In this document: piece by piece, positions 45,996 to 58,300 of the stretch
Layout: every line of letters begins with the position of its first letter
How positions within the stretch are numbered: position 1 is the first letter of the stretch
Source: a virus
Strand: one strand, 5' to 3'
Virus record (IMG/VR): IMGVR_UViG_3300020442_003949
Span: 1-64,000 of that record
Length of the DNA: 64,000 nucleotides
Made by a program: the position numbers and the translations under genes
Notes under the pieces: generated by a model
The model's input: only the letters and a program-made list of their open reading frames with translations
Databases searched by the model: none
Told to the model about the DNA's origin: nothing

Positions 45996-47556
45996 CAATA
46001 ATTTCTATTATTCCTATTTCATCTGAATCATAATCTTCTAAACTTTTACCAATGACACTGCTATACTTATAATCATCCATTTTAACTGTTGTTGCAACAC
46101 CTGACATGTTAGATGTAACTAATATATCACCTTTTCCTATCTTACCTACGACCTTGCAAGGTATGCGACCCCGTAAAGCAACTGTGACTGTTATTCCTTC
46201 TAACTCGCTGTTCATTATATGTGCAGGATTTGTTGAAACAACACCTATTACTTTTGTATCACAATAAGTTTTTGATTCTGTAACTTCAGCTGAGCCACCT
46301 ATGATCATAACAGTACCTGGCTCATAGCCTTTATCGCTAAGATATTTTTCTGCTAAATCCGCATACTGAGCTGCAGTTGCAGTTCCCCTAAATAAATTAG
46401 CATGGATATCGCCTGATATATCTCGAGCAACTACAGAAACGCCAGCAGTTGCTGCAGCATACGCTTGAAAATAATCGGTTACTAGGTTGCTTTGAGCATT
46501 AACGTATTCTACTTTAATCAAATCAGCTTTGTCAGCTGTTCCTTTGAATGCTGTTGCGTACATAGATTGAAATGCATTTGTATCACTTCCTATATCTACA
46601 ACTCTATTACCAGCAGCAACTGGATCAAAAGCAGAGCTATTTGGATCTATCACTAAATTATAGCCTGGTAAGATTTGATTATGTTTTAAACGCACAGGCA
46701 TTCTTATGTCATCATTTGTATCTCTTACTTGGAAAAATACATCATAACCGATTTCATTACCAATGATCGCTTGTTTATCATTTACAATACGCAACCGCAA
46801 ATCATTGTCATTACCAATGCCTATTCCGGTATCATTAAAATTTACTTGTCCATCAAAACTTGCATTCGCTTTTTGCACAAAATTTGACGCATCTGTACCA
46901 CCTAACCTATCTGCATTTGTAGCTGTACCCCACCACCTATGAGCAGTGCTCGTAACTCCACTTGTAGCATTTATAGTATTTTTAAGAGTCAATCCTTCAT
47001 GAATTTTGTCAAACCCTGGATAATCAGTAGCATCTTCTACGCCTATGGTAAAAGTCAACCCACTTATTATATGGACAACCTCATCATCAATAACACTTAC
47101 AATAACAGGACGATTGACTCCGTTGCTATCTCTTATAGTTCTACTTTGGAACTGAGTAATACTATCACCAGTTCCTTGTGGGCCTATCAAAATCCATTCG
47201 GTCCCATTATATGCGTATAACTGTTCATTTTGTGTATCCCACCAAAAATCACCAACAGTTAGCCCTGCAGGGGCTTCTGTTCCAACTTCTGATCCGCCAG
47301 TTGTTCGCCATTTTGTTCCGTCGTAAAATTTAAGTTTGTTATTACCATTATCAAACCAAACTTGTCCACCTATTGCTTTAGGCGGTTCATTTGCTCCTGC
47401 AAAATTTTCAAGCAAAAATACAAAATTTTCATTTTGTATTTCTCCATATCCAGCATAATTTTTTCCAACTAACTTAAGATCTGTAGTTTGATCAATTGTT
47501 CCATCTTCTACTACAGTAAGTTGAGCAGTGTTATACGTATTAATTATATAAGCCAT
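45991..47556 (-). CDS. Tail fibre-like protein with C-terminal autoprocessing-chaperone-like (peptidase G2-like) domain
   Basis: Shared N-terminal GKNY.GYGE..NENF..LLENFA domain; C-terminal YADLAE.Y...GVVS..P...VAL.GR.PCKV.G...KGD.LV.S. Confidence 0.65.
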   Translation of the reverse strand: MAYIINTYNTAQLTVVEDGTIDQTTDLKLVGKNYAGYGEIQNENFVFLLENFAGANEPPKAIGGQVWFDNGNNKLKFYDGTKWRTTGGSEVGTEAPAGLTVGDFWWDTQNEQLYAYNGTEWILIGPQGTGDSITQFQSRTIRDSNGVNRPVIVSVIDDEVVHIISGLTFTIGVEDATDYPGFDKIHEGLTLKNTINATSGVTSTAHRWWGTATNADRLGGTDASNFVQKANASFDGQVNFNDTGIGIGNDNDLRLRIVNDKQAIIGNEIGYDVFFQVRDTNDDIRMPVRLKHNQILPGYNLVIDPNSSAFDPVAAGNRVVDIGSDTNAFQSMYATAFKGTADKADLIKVEYVNAQSNLVTDYFQAYAAATAGVSVVARDISGDIHANLFRGTATAAQYADLAEKYLSDKGYEPGTVMIIGGSAEVTESKTYCDTKVIGVVSTNPAHIMNSELEGITVTVALRGRIPCKVVGKIGKGDILVTSNMSGVATTVKMDDYKYSSVIGKSLEDYDSDEIGIIEIIV

Positions 47557-47594
47557 TCCATATTACCCCTAGTTTATTAGTTGTATTTACCCTA

Positions 47595-49607
47595 TTAAAC
47601 AACTATTCTATCTACACCTGTACTATTCCAATTAGCCCCATCACTCTGAAATTTATAAATAAATCTGTCAACTATAAATTCAATATTTGTAGTTGAACCA
47701 GAATATGCCGGATTTGCAACAATATCTTGTACAACTGCTACTGTTCCACTATTATCAAAATTCCTAACTGTCACTCTTGATTTTTGCAATACAGCGGTAT
47801 CCTCTTCAGATACTGTTATAGGAAACACTGCTGTAATTTGCCTAATCCTTGTTGCCATAATCTTTACATTTTGCCCAACTAAGGAATTCTCAATTGGTAA
47901 CATGTAATTCATCACTTGCCTTACATTGTCAATCGTTGATGCATAAAATGGCGTGTAATCAGGGTCACCTTCTGCAATCAACCCATTTATGTCTAATGAT
48001 AATAAAATTTCTGCACCATCTACAGCCCTATCTACATATTCTTTATTTGCAGCATCTTTTAAATCTACAGGATCAGCTAAATCGGTAATCCTGTTATGTG
48101 TTGAAAAACTTACTGTGCCTTGTTGTTGCGCTGTTCCATTTGCATCGATTGTTAATCCTGTACCATTAATCCTGCTAATGCTTGCAGAATCTATACTTAC
48201 ATTATCTACAACTAAACTTGTCAGTGTTCCTATATCTGTTAATCCAAGAGCTTGAGTTACACCACTATGTAATTCGTTACTACTTAAAACAGGTGTTCCA
48301 TCTATTTTAAATGCAGGATCTAAATTATTGTTCGTAACAGCTAAATCAATATCTTGATTACTTGTCCACGATAATGTATTTTCTTTCCATAAAAATTCTT
48401 TGTTTCCTTCTGAACATCTTACAATAATTCCTGCATCATCTACTGCTAAATTGTTTCCTTCAATGTTGTCTGCACCTATTGCTAATTCTATATTTTTATC
48501 TTCAATATACAAAATTTGTGAATTAACATACGTAATTTCACCACCAACTATAAGAGATCCATTAACATTAAGATCTCCGCTAAACGATCCATTTGCATTT
48601 ACTGTAAGTTTAGATACTACTTGATCATTCTGTAAAGGAACATTATCAAATATTTTAAGTTCATATTCTGAACTATCTAGCAATAACGCATTCAAAAAAT
48701 AATTTTGATATTGATTATTTTTAAATCGTAATCCATAATCACTGTCTTGCTCTAAATTATCGGCAAAAACTGTAGATCCAAATATTTTTACATTATGGAA
48801 AGGTTTATCTCCAACGCCTATTGTTATTCCTTGACTATTTTTAATAGAGATACTACCAGTAGTTGTACCATTTCCATCTGTAGGTAAAAAATTAACGCTT
48901 GTTTTTTGGACGCCTTGATCATCTAACAAAAATTTTGCATTTATTGCTGTTCCCCTATACCAAAATCCATCAATGGCTGTTTCAGCATTTGCATCTGCTA
49001 AATTAAACCCTTTGTATAATTTTTGACGTTTAGGTTCCTGTGTATCATTAGCATCTACACTTAAACCAGTTATTGCAAATTCTACAGGAATAGTAAACTC
49101 AGCAGGACTATAAATCCCAACTAAAACACCACCTAAAAATAATTTCAATATAGTGCGTGTAACATTTTGTATATCTACTTGACTTGCAGATTCGAAACCT
49201 GTTTTACCTTGCCCTGCATCATAAGTAGGTCCTACTAATGTTAAATCTGATCCATCATACAAATATAATCTATTATTTGCATTATCTATCCAAATATCAC
49301 CAGCAACTAAATTAGTTGGTTGAGAACTGTTTACTATAGTTCCAGTAGCAGACCTAAATGTAACGCCATTAAATATTTTTAATCTCTGATCTTGCTTATC
49401 GTACCATAATTGTCCTGTAAGAGGATTAGGTGGCTGTGATGTACTTGAAAAATTTTCTAAAAGTTTTACAAAATTTTCATTTAACCATTCTCCAAATCCT
49501 TTATAATTCCTACCTATTAGTGTTAAATCGGTGCTACTTGTGTCAATTATTCCATCCGTAAGATCAACCAGTAGTTCACCATCTGTTCTATTAATTCTAT
49601 AACTCAT
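47595..49607 (-). CDS. Tail fibre/baseplate-associated virion protein
   Basis: Same N-terminal domain (GRNY.GFGE..NENF..LLENF, GQLWYD); fibre motif ITDLADPV...DAANKEYVD. Confidence 0.7.
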   Translation of the reverse strand: MSYRINRTDGELLVDLTDGIIDTSSTDLTLIGRNYKGFGEWLNENFVKLLENFSSTSQPPNPLTGQLWYDKQDQRLKIFNGVTFRSATGTIVNSSQPTNLVAGDIWIDNANNRLYLYDGSDLTLVGPTYDAGQGKTGFESASQVDIQNVTRTILKLFLGGVLVGIYSPAEFTIPVEFAITGLSVDANDTQEPKRQKLYKGFNLADANAETAIDGFWYRGTAINAKFLLDDQGVQKTSVNFLPTDGNGTTTGSISIKNSQGITIGVGDKPFHNVKIFGSTVFADNLEQDSDYGLRFKNNQYQNYFLNALLLDSSEYELKIFDNVPLQNDQVVSKLTVNANGSFSGDLNVNGSLIVGGEITYVNSQILYIEDKNIELAIGADNIEGNNLAVDDAGIIVRCSEGNKEFLWKENTLSWTSNQDIDLAVTNNNLDPAFKIDGTPVLSSNELHSGVTQALGLTDIGTLTSLVVDNVSIDSASISRINGTGLTIDANGTAQQQGTVSFSTHNRITDLADPVDLKDAANKEYVDRAVDGAEILLSLDINGLIAEGDPDYTPFYASTIDNVRQVMNYMLPIENSLVGQNVKIMATRIRQITAVFPITVSEEDTAVLQKSRVTVRNFDNSGTVAVVQDIVANPAYSGSTTNIEFIVDRFIYKFQSDGANWNSTGVDRIVV

Positions 49608-49612
49608 TATAA

Positions 49613-51691
49613 TTATCCTGCATAAATTATATAATTTAGTGTCATAAATGGATTTAACACATCAAGTGGGTTATTTAATGTACCTTCTGTTTGTATTCCT
49701 TGAGTATTTTCCATTGCAAGACCAGTAAATTCAGTTTGTTGTTGATAATACGGATAATCTTTAATTCCGTCTGCAATTACTTCAAATTGCTTTTCTGCAA
49801 CTGCATGAAATTGCACAGTATCATCATAGTTTAATGTATGTTTATGATCAGGTAGATTTGATTCAGCTATGGTTAATTTCTCTATTCCTCCTGTACCTCC
49901 TAAAACTTCTGCATTACTATTTGTAACAACAGGAGTATTTGGCACAATATCTCCCATATTATGCATACCCATTACAAATCTACCTCGCAAATCAGGTAAT
50001 GCAAAATAACCGGCTTGTACTAATTCTTGTGCTTTGAATCTATAATTAATAACTGCAAATAATGCATCATAATCTGCTCTTTGAACTTCTTGACCATTAC
50101 ACAATAACCATCCAGTAGGAGGTTCTTCTCCTGCATATGGAACAACAGTTCCAATAGGCGTAATTGGAACTGTCGATAATAAACTTGAAACTGTAATTTT
50201 TTTCAAACCTATATCTGTTGTTTCCCTAAACAATAACAATAAATCATTTTCTTGTGTAAATTCTGTTACATCCTTATTTGCTATTACATTATTATCTAAT
50301 GTTGTAGCAAATTCTACCAATTCTCCTTGGCCATTAAAATTAATATCAGGTGCTGTTATATCTCCTAAAAATCTAAACGTAGACGATTTTGCTAATTTAT
50401 TTGCTGAACCAGCACGACCAGTTACACCTCCTGTAACATTACCAGTTACATCTCCATAAAATCTTTTGGAATATATTCCTTCATATCTTTTGCTCGGCTG
50501 ACCAATATATGAACTTGCTTGTCCTAATAAATCCTCAGCATCAACTGTGGGCTCTATTTTATCACCTATAATTTTACTATCATTTGAATGATTTAAATAT
50601 AGGTTTTCACCAACTGTCAAACTTTTTGCTACTGCAACACCACCTGCAGTCTTAATTGATCCACTTGAAATTTGAGTACTGTTCCTAGTACTATTGACAA
50701 TTAAATTTCCTTTTGTAGTATCTGCTACAGGAACTGTTACTGTTACATCTCCATGCACATCCAATTCAGAACTAGGATTGTCTGTATTAACACCTATACT
50801 CATAGTACTGCTATCATATCGCATTATTGTCCTAAATAATCCGTCATTTTTTACTTTTACATCAATAGCAGATCCTGCAACATTGTGTTTTATAATACCT
50901 ATTGATCCTTCAACATTAAGAGCAAACTCTGAATTCCTACCTAAGACTATTCCATCGTTGCTTAAAACAGATAAAGAAAAACTACTTGAACTAGGAGCGT
51001 CACTCCTTAGAAAATTACCAGCTGGTACTGTTTCATTATTAACAAGTAATGCATCTGCTTTCTCAGCAACCCCTATATATTTAGGAACCGGATTGTTAGG
51101 TATATTTTTTGTTGTTAAGTTTAACCCCGGCTTTACTGTGGAAAAACCATCAATCTTTGACTTAGGAGTAAACTCGTTCATTGATATTATTACTGCAGGT
51201 GTGTTATTTACATCAATCTGTAATATATTATAATTTACATCATCTATACCTAAAACAACCTTAGGCGTAGATCCTGTAACTGATCCTTCGCTAAACTCTG
51301 GTCCAATTAAAATCCAGCCAGCTTGATCCGTAAACATATATAATTGCAAATTCTCACTGTCTATCCACAAATCACCTTCAGTTTTATATATAGGCTGTGC
51401 TACAGATTTATTCACCCCATTAACCGGTATCCAATTTGTACCGTTATACACCATTAATTGTTCATTGCCGGGTGTAGAATCATACCATAGTTGACCTTCT
51501 ACTGGTATATCTGGATTAGTTGGTGCAGCAAAATTTTCTAATAAATGTAAAAAGTTTTCAGCTATTATTGTTCCATATGATGTGGTATTTTTTCCTGGAA
51601 GTTGTAATGATGTTTCACTGTTTATAGTTCCATCTTCTACAACAAGAGATAATTTATTTACGGAATCAGTAAAAGATATTTCATAAGGCAT
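49613..51691 (-). CDS. Tail fibre protein with phage tail-collar domain
   Basis: PIGTVVPYAG...GWLLCNGQ.V.R.DY..LFAVI...LPDLRGRF...NLPDH.H...LNYII. Confidence 0.85.
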   Translation of the reverse strand: MPYEISFTDSVNKLSLVVEDGTINSETSLQLPGKNTTSYGTIIAENFLHLLENFAAPTNPDIPVEGQLWYDSTPGNEQLMVYNGTNWIPVNGVNKSVAQPIYKTEGDLWIDSENLQLYMFTDQAGWILIGPEFSEGSVTGSTPKVVLGIDDVNYNILQIDVNNTPAVIISMNEFTPKSKIDGFSTVKPGLNLTTKNIPNNPVPKYIGVAEKADALLVNNETVPAGNFLRSDAPSSSSFSLSVLSNDGIVLGRNSEFALNVEGSIGIIKHNVAGSAIDVKVKNDGLFRTIMRYDSSTMSIGVNTDNPSSELDVHGDVTVTVPVADTTKGNLIVNSTRNSTQISSGSIKTAGGVAVAKSLTVGENLYLNHSNDSKIIGDKIEPTVDAEDLLGQASSYIGQPSKRYEGIYSKRFYGDVTGNVTGGVTGRAGSANKLAKSSTFRFLGDITAPDINFNGQGELVEFATTLDNNVIANKDVTEFTQENDLLLLFRETTDIGLKKITVSSLLSTVPITPIGTVVPYAGEEPPTGWLLCNGQEVQRADYDALFAVINYRFKAQELVQAGYFALPDLRGRFVMGMHNMGDIVPNTPVVTNSNAEVLGGTGGIEKLTIAESNLPDHKHTLNYDDTVQFHAVAEKQFEVIADGIKDYPYYQQQTEFTGLAMENTQGIQTEGTLNNPLDVLNPFMTLNYIIYAG

Positions 51692-51695
51692 AATA

Positions 51696-52310
51696 TTATT
51701 CTCCTGCTATACCAGATAAACTCTGGACACGGACGGTATAATCTATTTGGATTAACCTATTTAAACTTTTTTGCACAGGATGAAAAATTACATGTGTAAT
51801 TAACATCATATTATTATCCGTATTCCAACTTTTCAAACCTAATTCATCAAACACATATAAACTATCTGTTGTAGACGCAGTATCAAACGCATCCTGTCCT
51901 ACAGGTTCTCCATAATCTAACAAACAAGAAACTAAAACATCTGTATAATTTGTTCCACTTACATGCCTAACCTCAGTTTTATTACGAAATGCATCAATAT
52001 TGTTTACACTTCTATCATCTACTACTTTTTCAAATGTTTCATTATACAAACTTGCATTTGTACCTGTACTATTAGGAGTTAAATATGTAATAATACCTGT
52101 TGGATCTACACTTGTTCCACCATTACCAAAAGCCATTGAATAAATAAAACCATTACCCGAATTACTTAAACTTTGTGCTAGGGCAATGCTCATGTTTTCA
52201 TAATGAATTGCATTCCTTTTGTTAACGAAAATTTCATTAGTTTTCGGATCATAAATTTTAATATGTCCTTCAACACATACTCCATTATTCTCTTTTAATT
52301 TATCATTCAT
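51696..52310 (-). CDS. Putative virion structural protein
   Basis: GHIKI.D, MAFGNGG, FDELGL, HVIFHPVQK; lies between tail genes. Confidence 0.6.
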   Translation of the reverse strand: MNDKLKENNGVCVEGHIKIYDPKTNEIFVNKRNAIHYENMSIALAQSLSNSGNGFIYSMAFGNGGTSVDPTGIITYLTPNSTGTNASLYNETFEKVVDDRSVNNIDAFRNKTEVRHVSGTNYTDVLVSCLLDYGEPVGQDAFDTASTTDSLYVFDELGLKSWNTDNNMMLITHVIFHPVQKSLNRLIQIDYTVRVQSLSGIAGE

Positions 52311-52330
52311 AATTTTTCCTACTAAGTTAT

Positions 52331-55300
52331 TTATCTTGGCAAGTCTGCCACGACAGATTGTATTTTTTTAACAATTCTATTATCAGTTTCACTTAAAGGC
52401 ACACCTTTATCTGTCCAGGTTTTACCAATCCTCCTAATTACATTTATAATTTGACCTTTTGCTGGCACAAACTCTAATTGCAAAATATTCTCATCAAGAC
52501 TAAATTCTGCAGGTAAAGTAACATCTGATTCAGGTGAATCCATACTTTGATTATTTTGATAACTTTCTAGTTCAGTTTTCCTTAATCTCCTACCAGCTAC
52601 AAAAACTTCAAATTCATTTACACTAGCTGGTGTAAAATCTAAAACAAATTCTTTATTCTGACCGTCAGCAGTAAATTTTGTTATAATTGTTTCGTCTTTA
52701 TATGGCAAAATGCTTGAAACACTTTGATCGTAAACTTCAATACCTTTATTATACAAATGCTTTACACCTGTACCTAACGTACCTCGTCGTAAATGAGTAA
52801 GTGTATTACCATACCTTTTCCAATATTCAATACGTTCTCCAGCTATAAAAATTACTCCTGGATATTTACTTTGTTCATTAGGACTAGGTAATCCTTCTCC
52901 ATTTGTAATTTCGATTGTTTTATCATACCAATTCAAATCATTGGCTAATTTAATGTTAAGTTGTCCATTTAGAACAGTATAATGATTTTTATTCATTATA
53001 TCTTTAAATTGACTCCACCCAAAAGTATTCTTAAATCTTGTATCACTAAAATGTATTGTTTGAATATTATCATTATCATTTACAGGATCAGTAAGAATTA
53101 CCTGTAATTTGTTATCACTCAATTTATAGTCAATGCTTGATTGTAAAATTACTCCATTAACCGCTACCCATACATACTGATCATCTATAGCTGGTTGATT
53201 AAGTGGTACAATACCGTTACGTAAAAATCTTAGTTCATAATAATTTTCTGCTGTTTCGCCTATTTCTAACTGTCTTCCAATTTCTTCAAAAACAATTACA
53301 TCATCTTCATTAGAAGTTATACCTAACAACCCCAAATCTATAATATTAGATCCTAATCCAAAAGGTGTTTGTATAACAGCTAAAGGATTACTTTGATAAG
53401 GAGTTGCAAAATTTTCATCATCTATCCGGACATTATTTTTGTAAATAGCATATTGTGCGTTGGCATTCATTTCAAATGGTAATTCTATAATATTTGTATT
53501 ACCCACTATAACAGTCGCGTATCTATCACTAACACCAGGTAATAGTTTTGTACGCTCTATTACATCAAAACTTTGCCAATCTATACTCTGAGTATCGTGA
53601 TTTGTAAACTGATAAACTTTAATATTATCACCATTGCTTAAAGGAGTATGAATATGTAATTGCCCTGGTGTAGAAATAAAATCGCCTTGATCAAAATATC
53701 CATAACGATAATCTCCTCCAGAATCTACACTATCTTCATAAGCATTAATGTAAACCCGTAAAGTATCTCCTGCAGAAAATATGCCTCTCTTCAATACAAT
53801 TGTACTTCCGCTTTGCTGATCATCAGGTAAAGTAGGATCTATAGATTCTGCTGCTGTAAATGTCCATTGCGTCAAATAATTTAATTCAACTGTATTTAAG
53901 AATACACGCAACTGTTTAAAGCTAACTGTACTAATAGGAACTTGATATAGTTTCAATTGATATTCTAATACGTCTGTACAAACAAAAGTTTCAACATACC
54001 CAGGATTTAACAATTTGTCATTTACAATAACCATTGTATACCATTCAACCGGTTCCTGTTGCTTAGGTATTTTAGTCAACTCAAACGCTGTTGAACTACC
54101 GTCAGCTACAAAATTATCAATATGTACATTGCTGAAATTATTTTGACTATTTTCAAAAATTTTGTAATGTATTATACTTCCTTCACTCACAGGATTAGCA
54201 AACTTAATTAACACATTATTTGAACTATCATATAATTCACTATCTGTCTTTTTCAATACATAATCTAAATGCTGGCCATTTACTGTTACATAACTACTTA
54301 CATTATCTACCCATCTAGCATTTGTTATATAAGAGCCTAATGTTCCATCAGCAACAATATTATCTGTATCAAGTATATTACTTCCACTACTACCTAATAT
54401 TAAAATATTAATCCTACTATTTTGTGGCAGAGTATTTGTAAATTCTATTAGCTTTCCTTCAACATTGACATTATAATCAACTGCAACAGTTTTTATTTTA
54501 TTATCTACATTCACAATAACCGAATCTACTGATATCGGATATTCTAATAAAGAAAAACTATTTTGTTGTCCGTCAGCAATATAATTTAAAGAAACAATAT
54601 TACTAATACCTGGTGTTGGTCTTTCGTAAACTTTTATATTTACTGAGTCCTGTACTAATCCAGGAACTTGTTCTTCAGGTCCTTTTGAAGTTAATGGTGT
54701 AATAAAATTATCACCATCTATAATTATGTCTTCTGCATTTACACCTAATGCATTACTATAATTTAATTTTCCCCCTCCTACTAGCGCATCAAAGTCTAAA
54801 TCAGTAGGTATAAAACTACCATCACTAGTAATTTTCCTAATAATTATCTTATCTCCTACTTCTGGTTGTATATTTAAATCTCTAACCAATATACCGTTTA
54901 GTACTCCGTCGCCTGTTATACTATTTGTGACCGCATTAGGATTTGTATTAGATATGTTTTCATCATTATAATTAATATCATCTATCCGCAGATTATTATG
55001 ATATATGTTATATATGATTCCATTTTCCAAAGGATACCTAAAATCTATGTATAATTCATCTAATATTTTTGCAGAAATCAATTCTGTTATTTGCCCTGCA
55101 GTGCATTGGTTGAACAACGGAATAATTTGATTTTCAATATTGTTACTTGCTGTTTCACTTTCACTATTGCCTAAACCATATTTTTGTATTTCATTTGCAC
55201 TGTTAAAGGTAACCCTTGGAACTGCATCTGAAATCCCTTCCTCGTCAACAATATCAATTACTTCATCAAGAACATTTAATATAGATGATCCATCTAAAGG

Positions 55301-58300
55301 ATCTGCTAATGGCTCTCCAACTGAGTTTTTATTAAAAATTTCTAAGAAAATATCTGCAACTGTTGGATCTCCTTTTACTAACTTGTTTACTTCTTTTGCA
55401 AAATTTATGTAATTAATAGCAACTTTATAATTGAATCCAGTAACTGTAATTAACAACAAATTGTTAGGAACTGTATATAGAACATCTTCATAATTTATAT
55501 CGTACGTATCATAAGCTGCTTCTGTATAATTAGCAGTATCCCATCCGCTTTGATTACCAAAATCAAACCCTTTAACTTCTACTCCACCATAATCTACACC
55601 ATCCATGAGTTGCGATATATCATTGCCAAATTGCCCTACATAAGGAGTGTATAGCAAATTAATCCTGTCAGCTGCATTTAATAAATTGGTATCTTTTTTG
55701 TAACTAACCTGTATTGTGGTGAAATTTGGTGCAGGATTGAGCAACGTTATTTGACCTAAGTACCTATTATATGATTTACTTTTATCTAAATAATTAGTAT
55801 ATGTATAATCTGTAGTCAGAAGATCTTTACCATCAACAGTGACATTAATAGTATTTTTGTTTATACTTATAGGCCATTGCAAATTAAAGATATATTTTGA
55901 ACCACTTCCTATAAATGTTTCAACTGTATCTAAATCTGAAAAAGCAAAAGTCGTTGAAATCCTATCATATTTTAAATTTGTTTGCAAACTTCTTATAATT
56001 GGGTTACCAATTACAACTGCTAACTTTGCAGAATACCCGTCTGCAAAAGAGCCATTAATAACGATTCTAGGTGCAGACAAATAACCATATCCAGGATTAA
56101 TTATATCTACTCTTGTTATACTACCATTTGCTCCTAAATGAGCAACAGCAACTGCACCTGCTCCAGTAGAGCTTTCAAACTCTATGCTAGGAGGTATTCC
56201 GTACCCGGCTCCACCATCTACTACTTCTACCGATACTACTTGATATGTGCAATTATTTAACCATCCAATATCTGGATAATTTTGTATTTGCTCTGCATTA
56301 TAAAACCCTAGGTTATTTGTAGTTATTTTGTAAGGTAATATTTTATTTTCAGTTTCTATATATCTAGGTGGTAAATCAAAATCGCTTATATAAGATGCCA
56401 CATCCTCAATCTTATCATAAGCACTTAAAAACTCCCTTATTTTTGCTTTGAACGGTTTAATTTCATTAACATAATCTTCATAACTTGATAAATTATCATT
56501 ATTAAATGTTACATCTTGCCTTAATTCTCCAACATTATGCTTAATTTTTAAGAAATTTGTTTTAAAAATCCAATCAACTGATGGTTGTTCACTTAATATA
56601 TAACGTAAACAACTAAAGAACAAATTATTGTATTTTATTGCTAAATCGTCTATAAAAATATCATCTTTAATTGCATTTGCTATAATTCTTATTTCTATAC
56701 TAGGAATATTGTCATAAAAATAAGTATCAAAACTTATTGTGTCAAAATTTGTAGTAGCAAATGTTGGGTCATACAAACTTCTAGATAATTGTATCGTCCC
56801 ATTATTCCTACCAATTGTTTTATAATTTACTGAATAATCTACATTTGCTAATGAATTTATTTTTTCTAACAAAAGCCAACTACCGTCACCTATATTTCTA
56901 ATTCTTACAATATCACCTATGTTATCATCTACACTTGATAATTCATAGGAATAATCAATAGAATGTGTAACCTTAGTTGCTTCGTTATATCCAGCTGCAT
57001 ACCAGTCTATAAAATACCAATAAAGTGTTGTATTAAACCCTTGACTTTGTATTCTAATCCAAGAATTGTTATTATAATCTCTTTCATATAGAGCCCATTT
57101 ACCAAAAATTGTCTCATCTGCTGCAACAAGTGCTGTAAATTTACGTATAATGATGTAGGTAGAATCTGAATAATTTTTTCCTTGGTTTATTATATTCACA
57201 CTGCCAATACTTCCGTTGCTTGTCATTATAAATTCTAATTCTAACCCTTCACCTTTGCCTATTACTGCATAAGTAGGGGTGGTTATATATCCTCTTCCAG
57301 CGTTTAATACAAATACGTCTATTATATGACCATTTTCAATCTGCAAAGAAATTTCAGCCTGCACTGCTTTTGCAACACCATAACTATCTAAGTCACTTTT
57401 AGATTCTACTTCTATATCATAAAAATTAGATGTTAATAATGGCGGGTCGTCAACCCTATAAAAATTTTGTAAATTTTTATTATCAACTAATAACTCTTTT
57501 GCTAAATCCTGGTTTACATGCTCTACATATTGTTTTAACGCTTCTTGCTTGTTTCTAAACCAACCTTGACGTGGTGTATCTAAATTACCATATCTATATT
57601 TTTCGCTTAGGCTTGGATCTGGCACATTGCGTCCATACAAATCATATCCAACAAGACTGTCTATCCATTTTTGGTTCAACTGCTCATTTGGCTGACTAGT
57701 TGCTAGACCGCTTGTAAGCAACTTATACTGATAATGAGTGTTTAGATCTGTAACTTCGTCATAAGTTTGAAAACTCACAGCTACTTCATCGTTAACAAAA
57801 TCATTTTGTAAATTATACAAAGAAAATTCATTTGCTGAAATTAATGAAATAAATTTATATCCTTGCGTTAACGTATTACCTAATAAATTTGAAATTTTAT
57901 CTGCTGATAAGTTTCTACCATCTATACTAGGAATACTTGTTTTATTTTTCACCCAATAAAAATAACGTAAGACATAACTTTGACTTGTAGTGTCATATAC
58001 TCTTTGCGTTGAATATGAAGCATTTCCATATTTTGTTTGTCCTGTTATATTTAATGAAAAACCTTCACTTGTGCCTTGTAATGCATCCCACTCTGCTGGT
58101 AAAAAATTACTGCCTACCCACTCATAAATATCTATTGTTGAGTTAGGCCATAATCTTCCCCAGTTCAATGCTGAATAAGTAATATCGTTTATATACGGAT
58201 AATAATATCTAACGTTTGTTAAATCCCACCAAATCTTACCTATATATTCTGTGCCCCAAGACGCTCCTGTATCAACAACCTGATTATTAGTTCCGACAGT

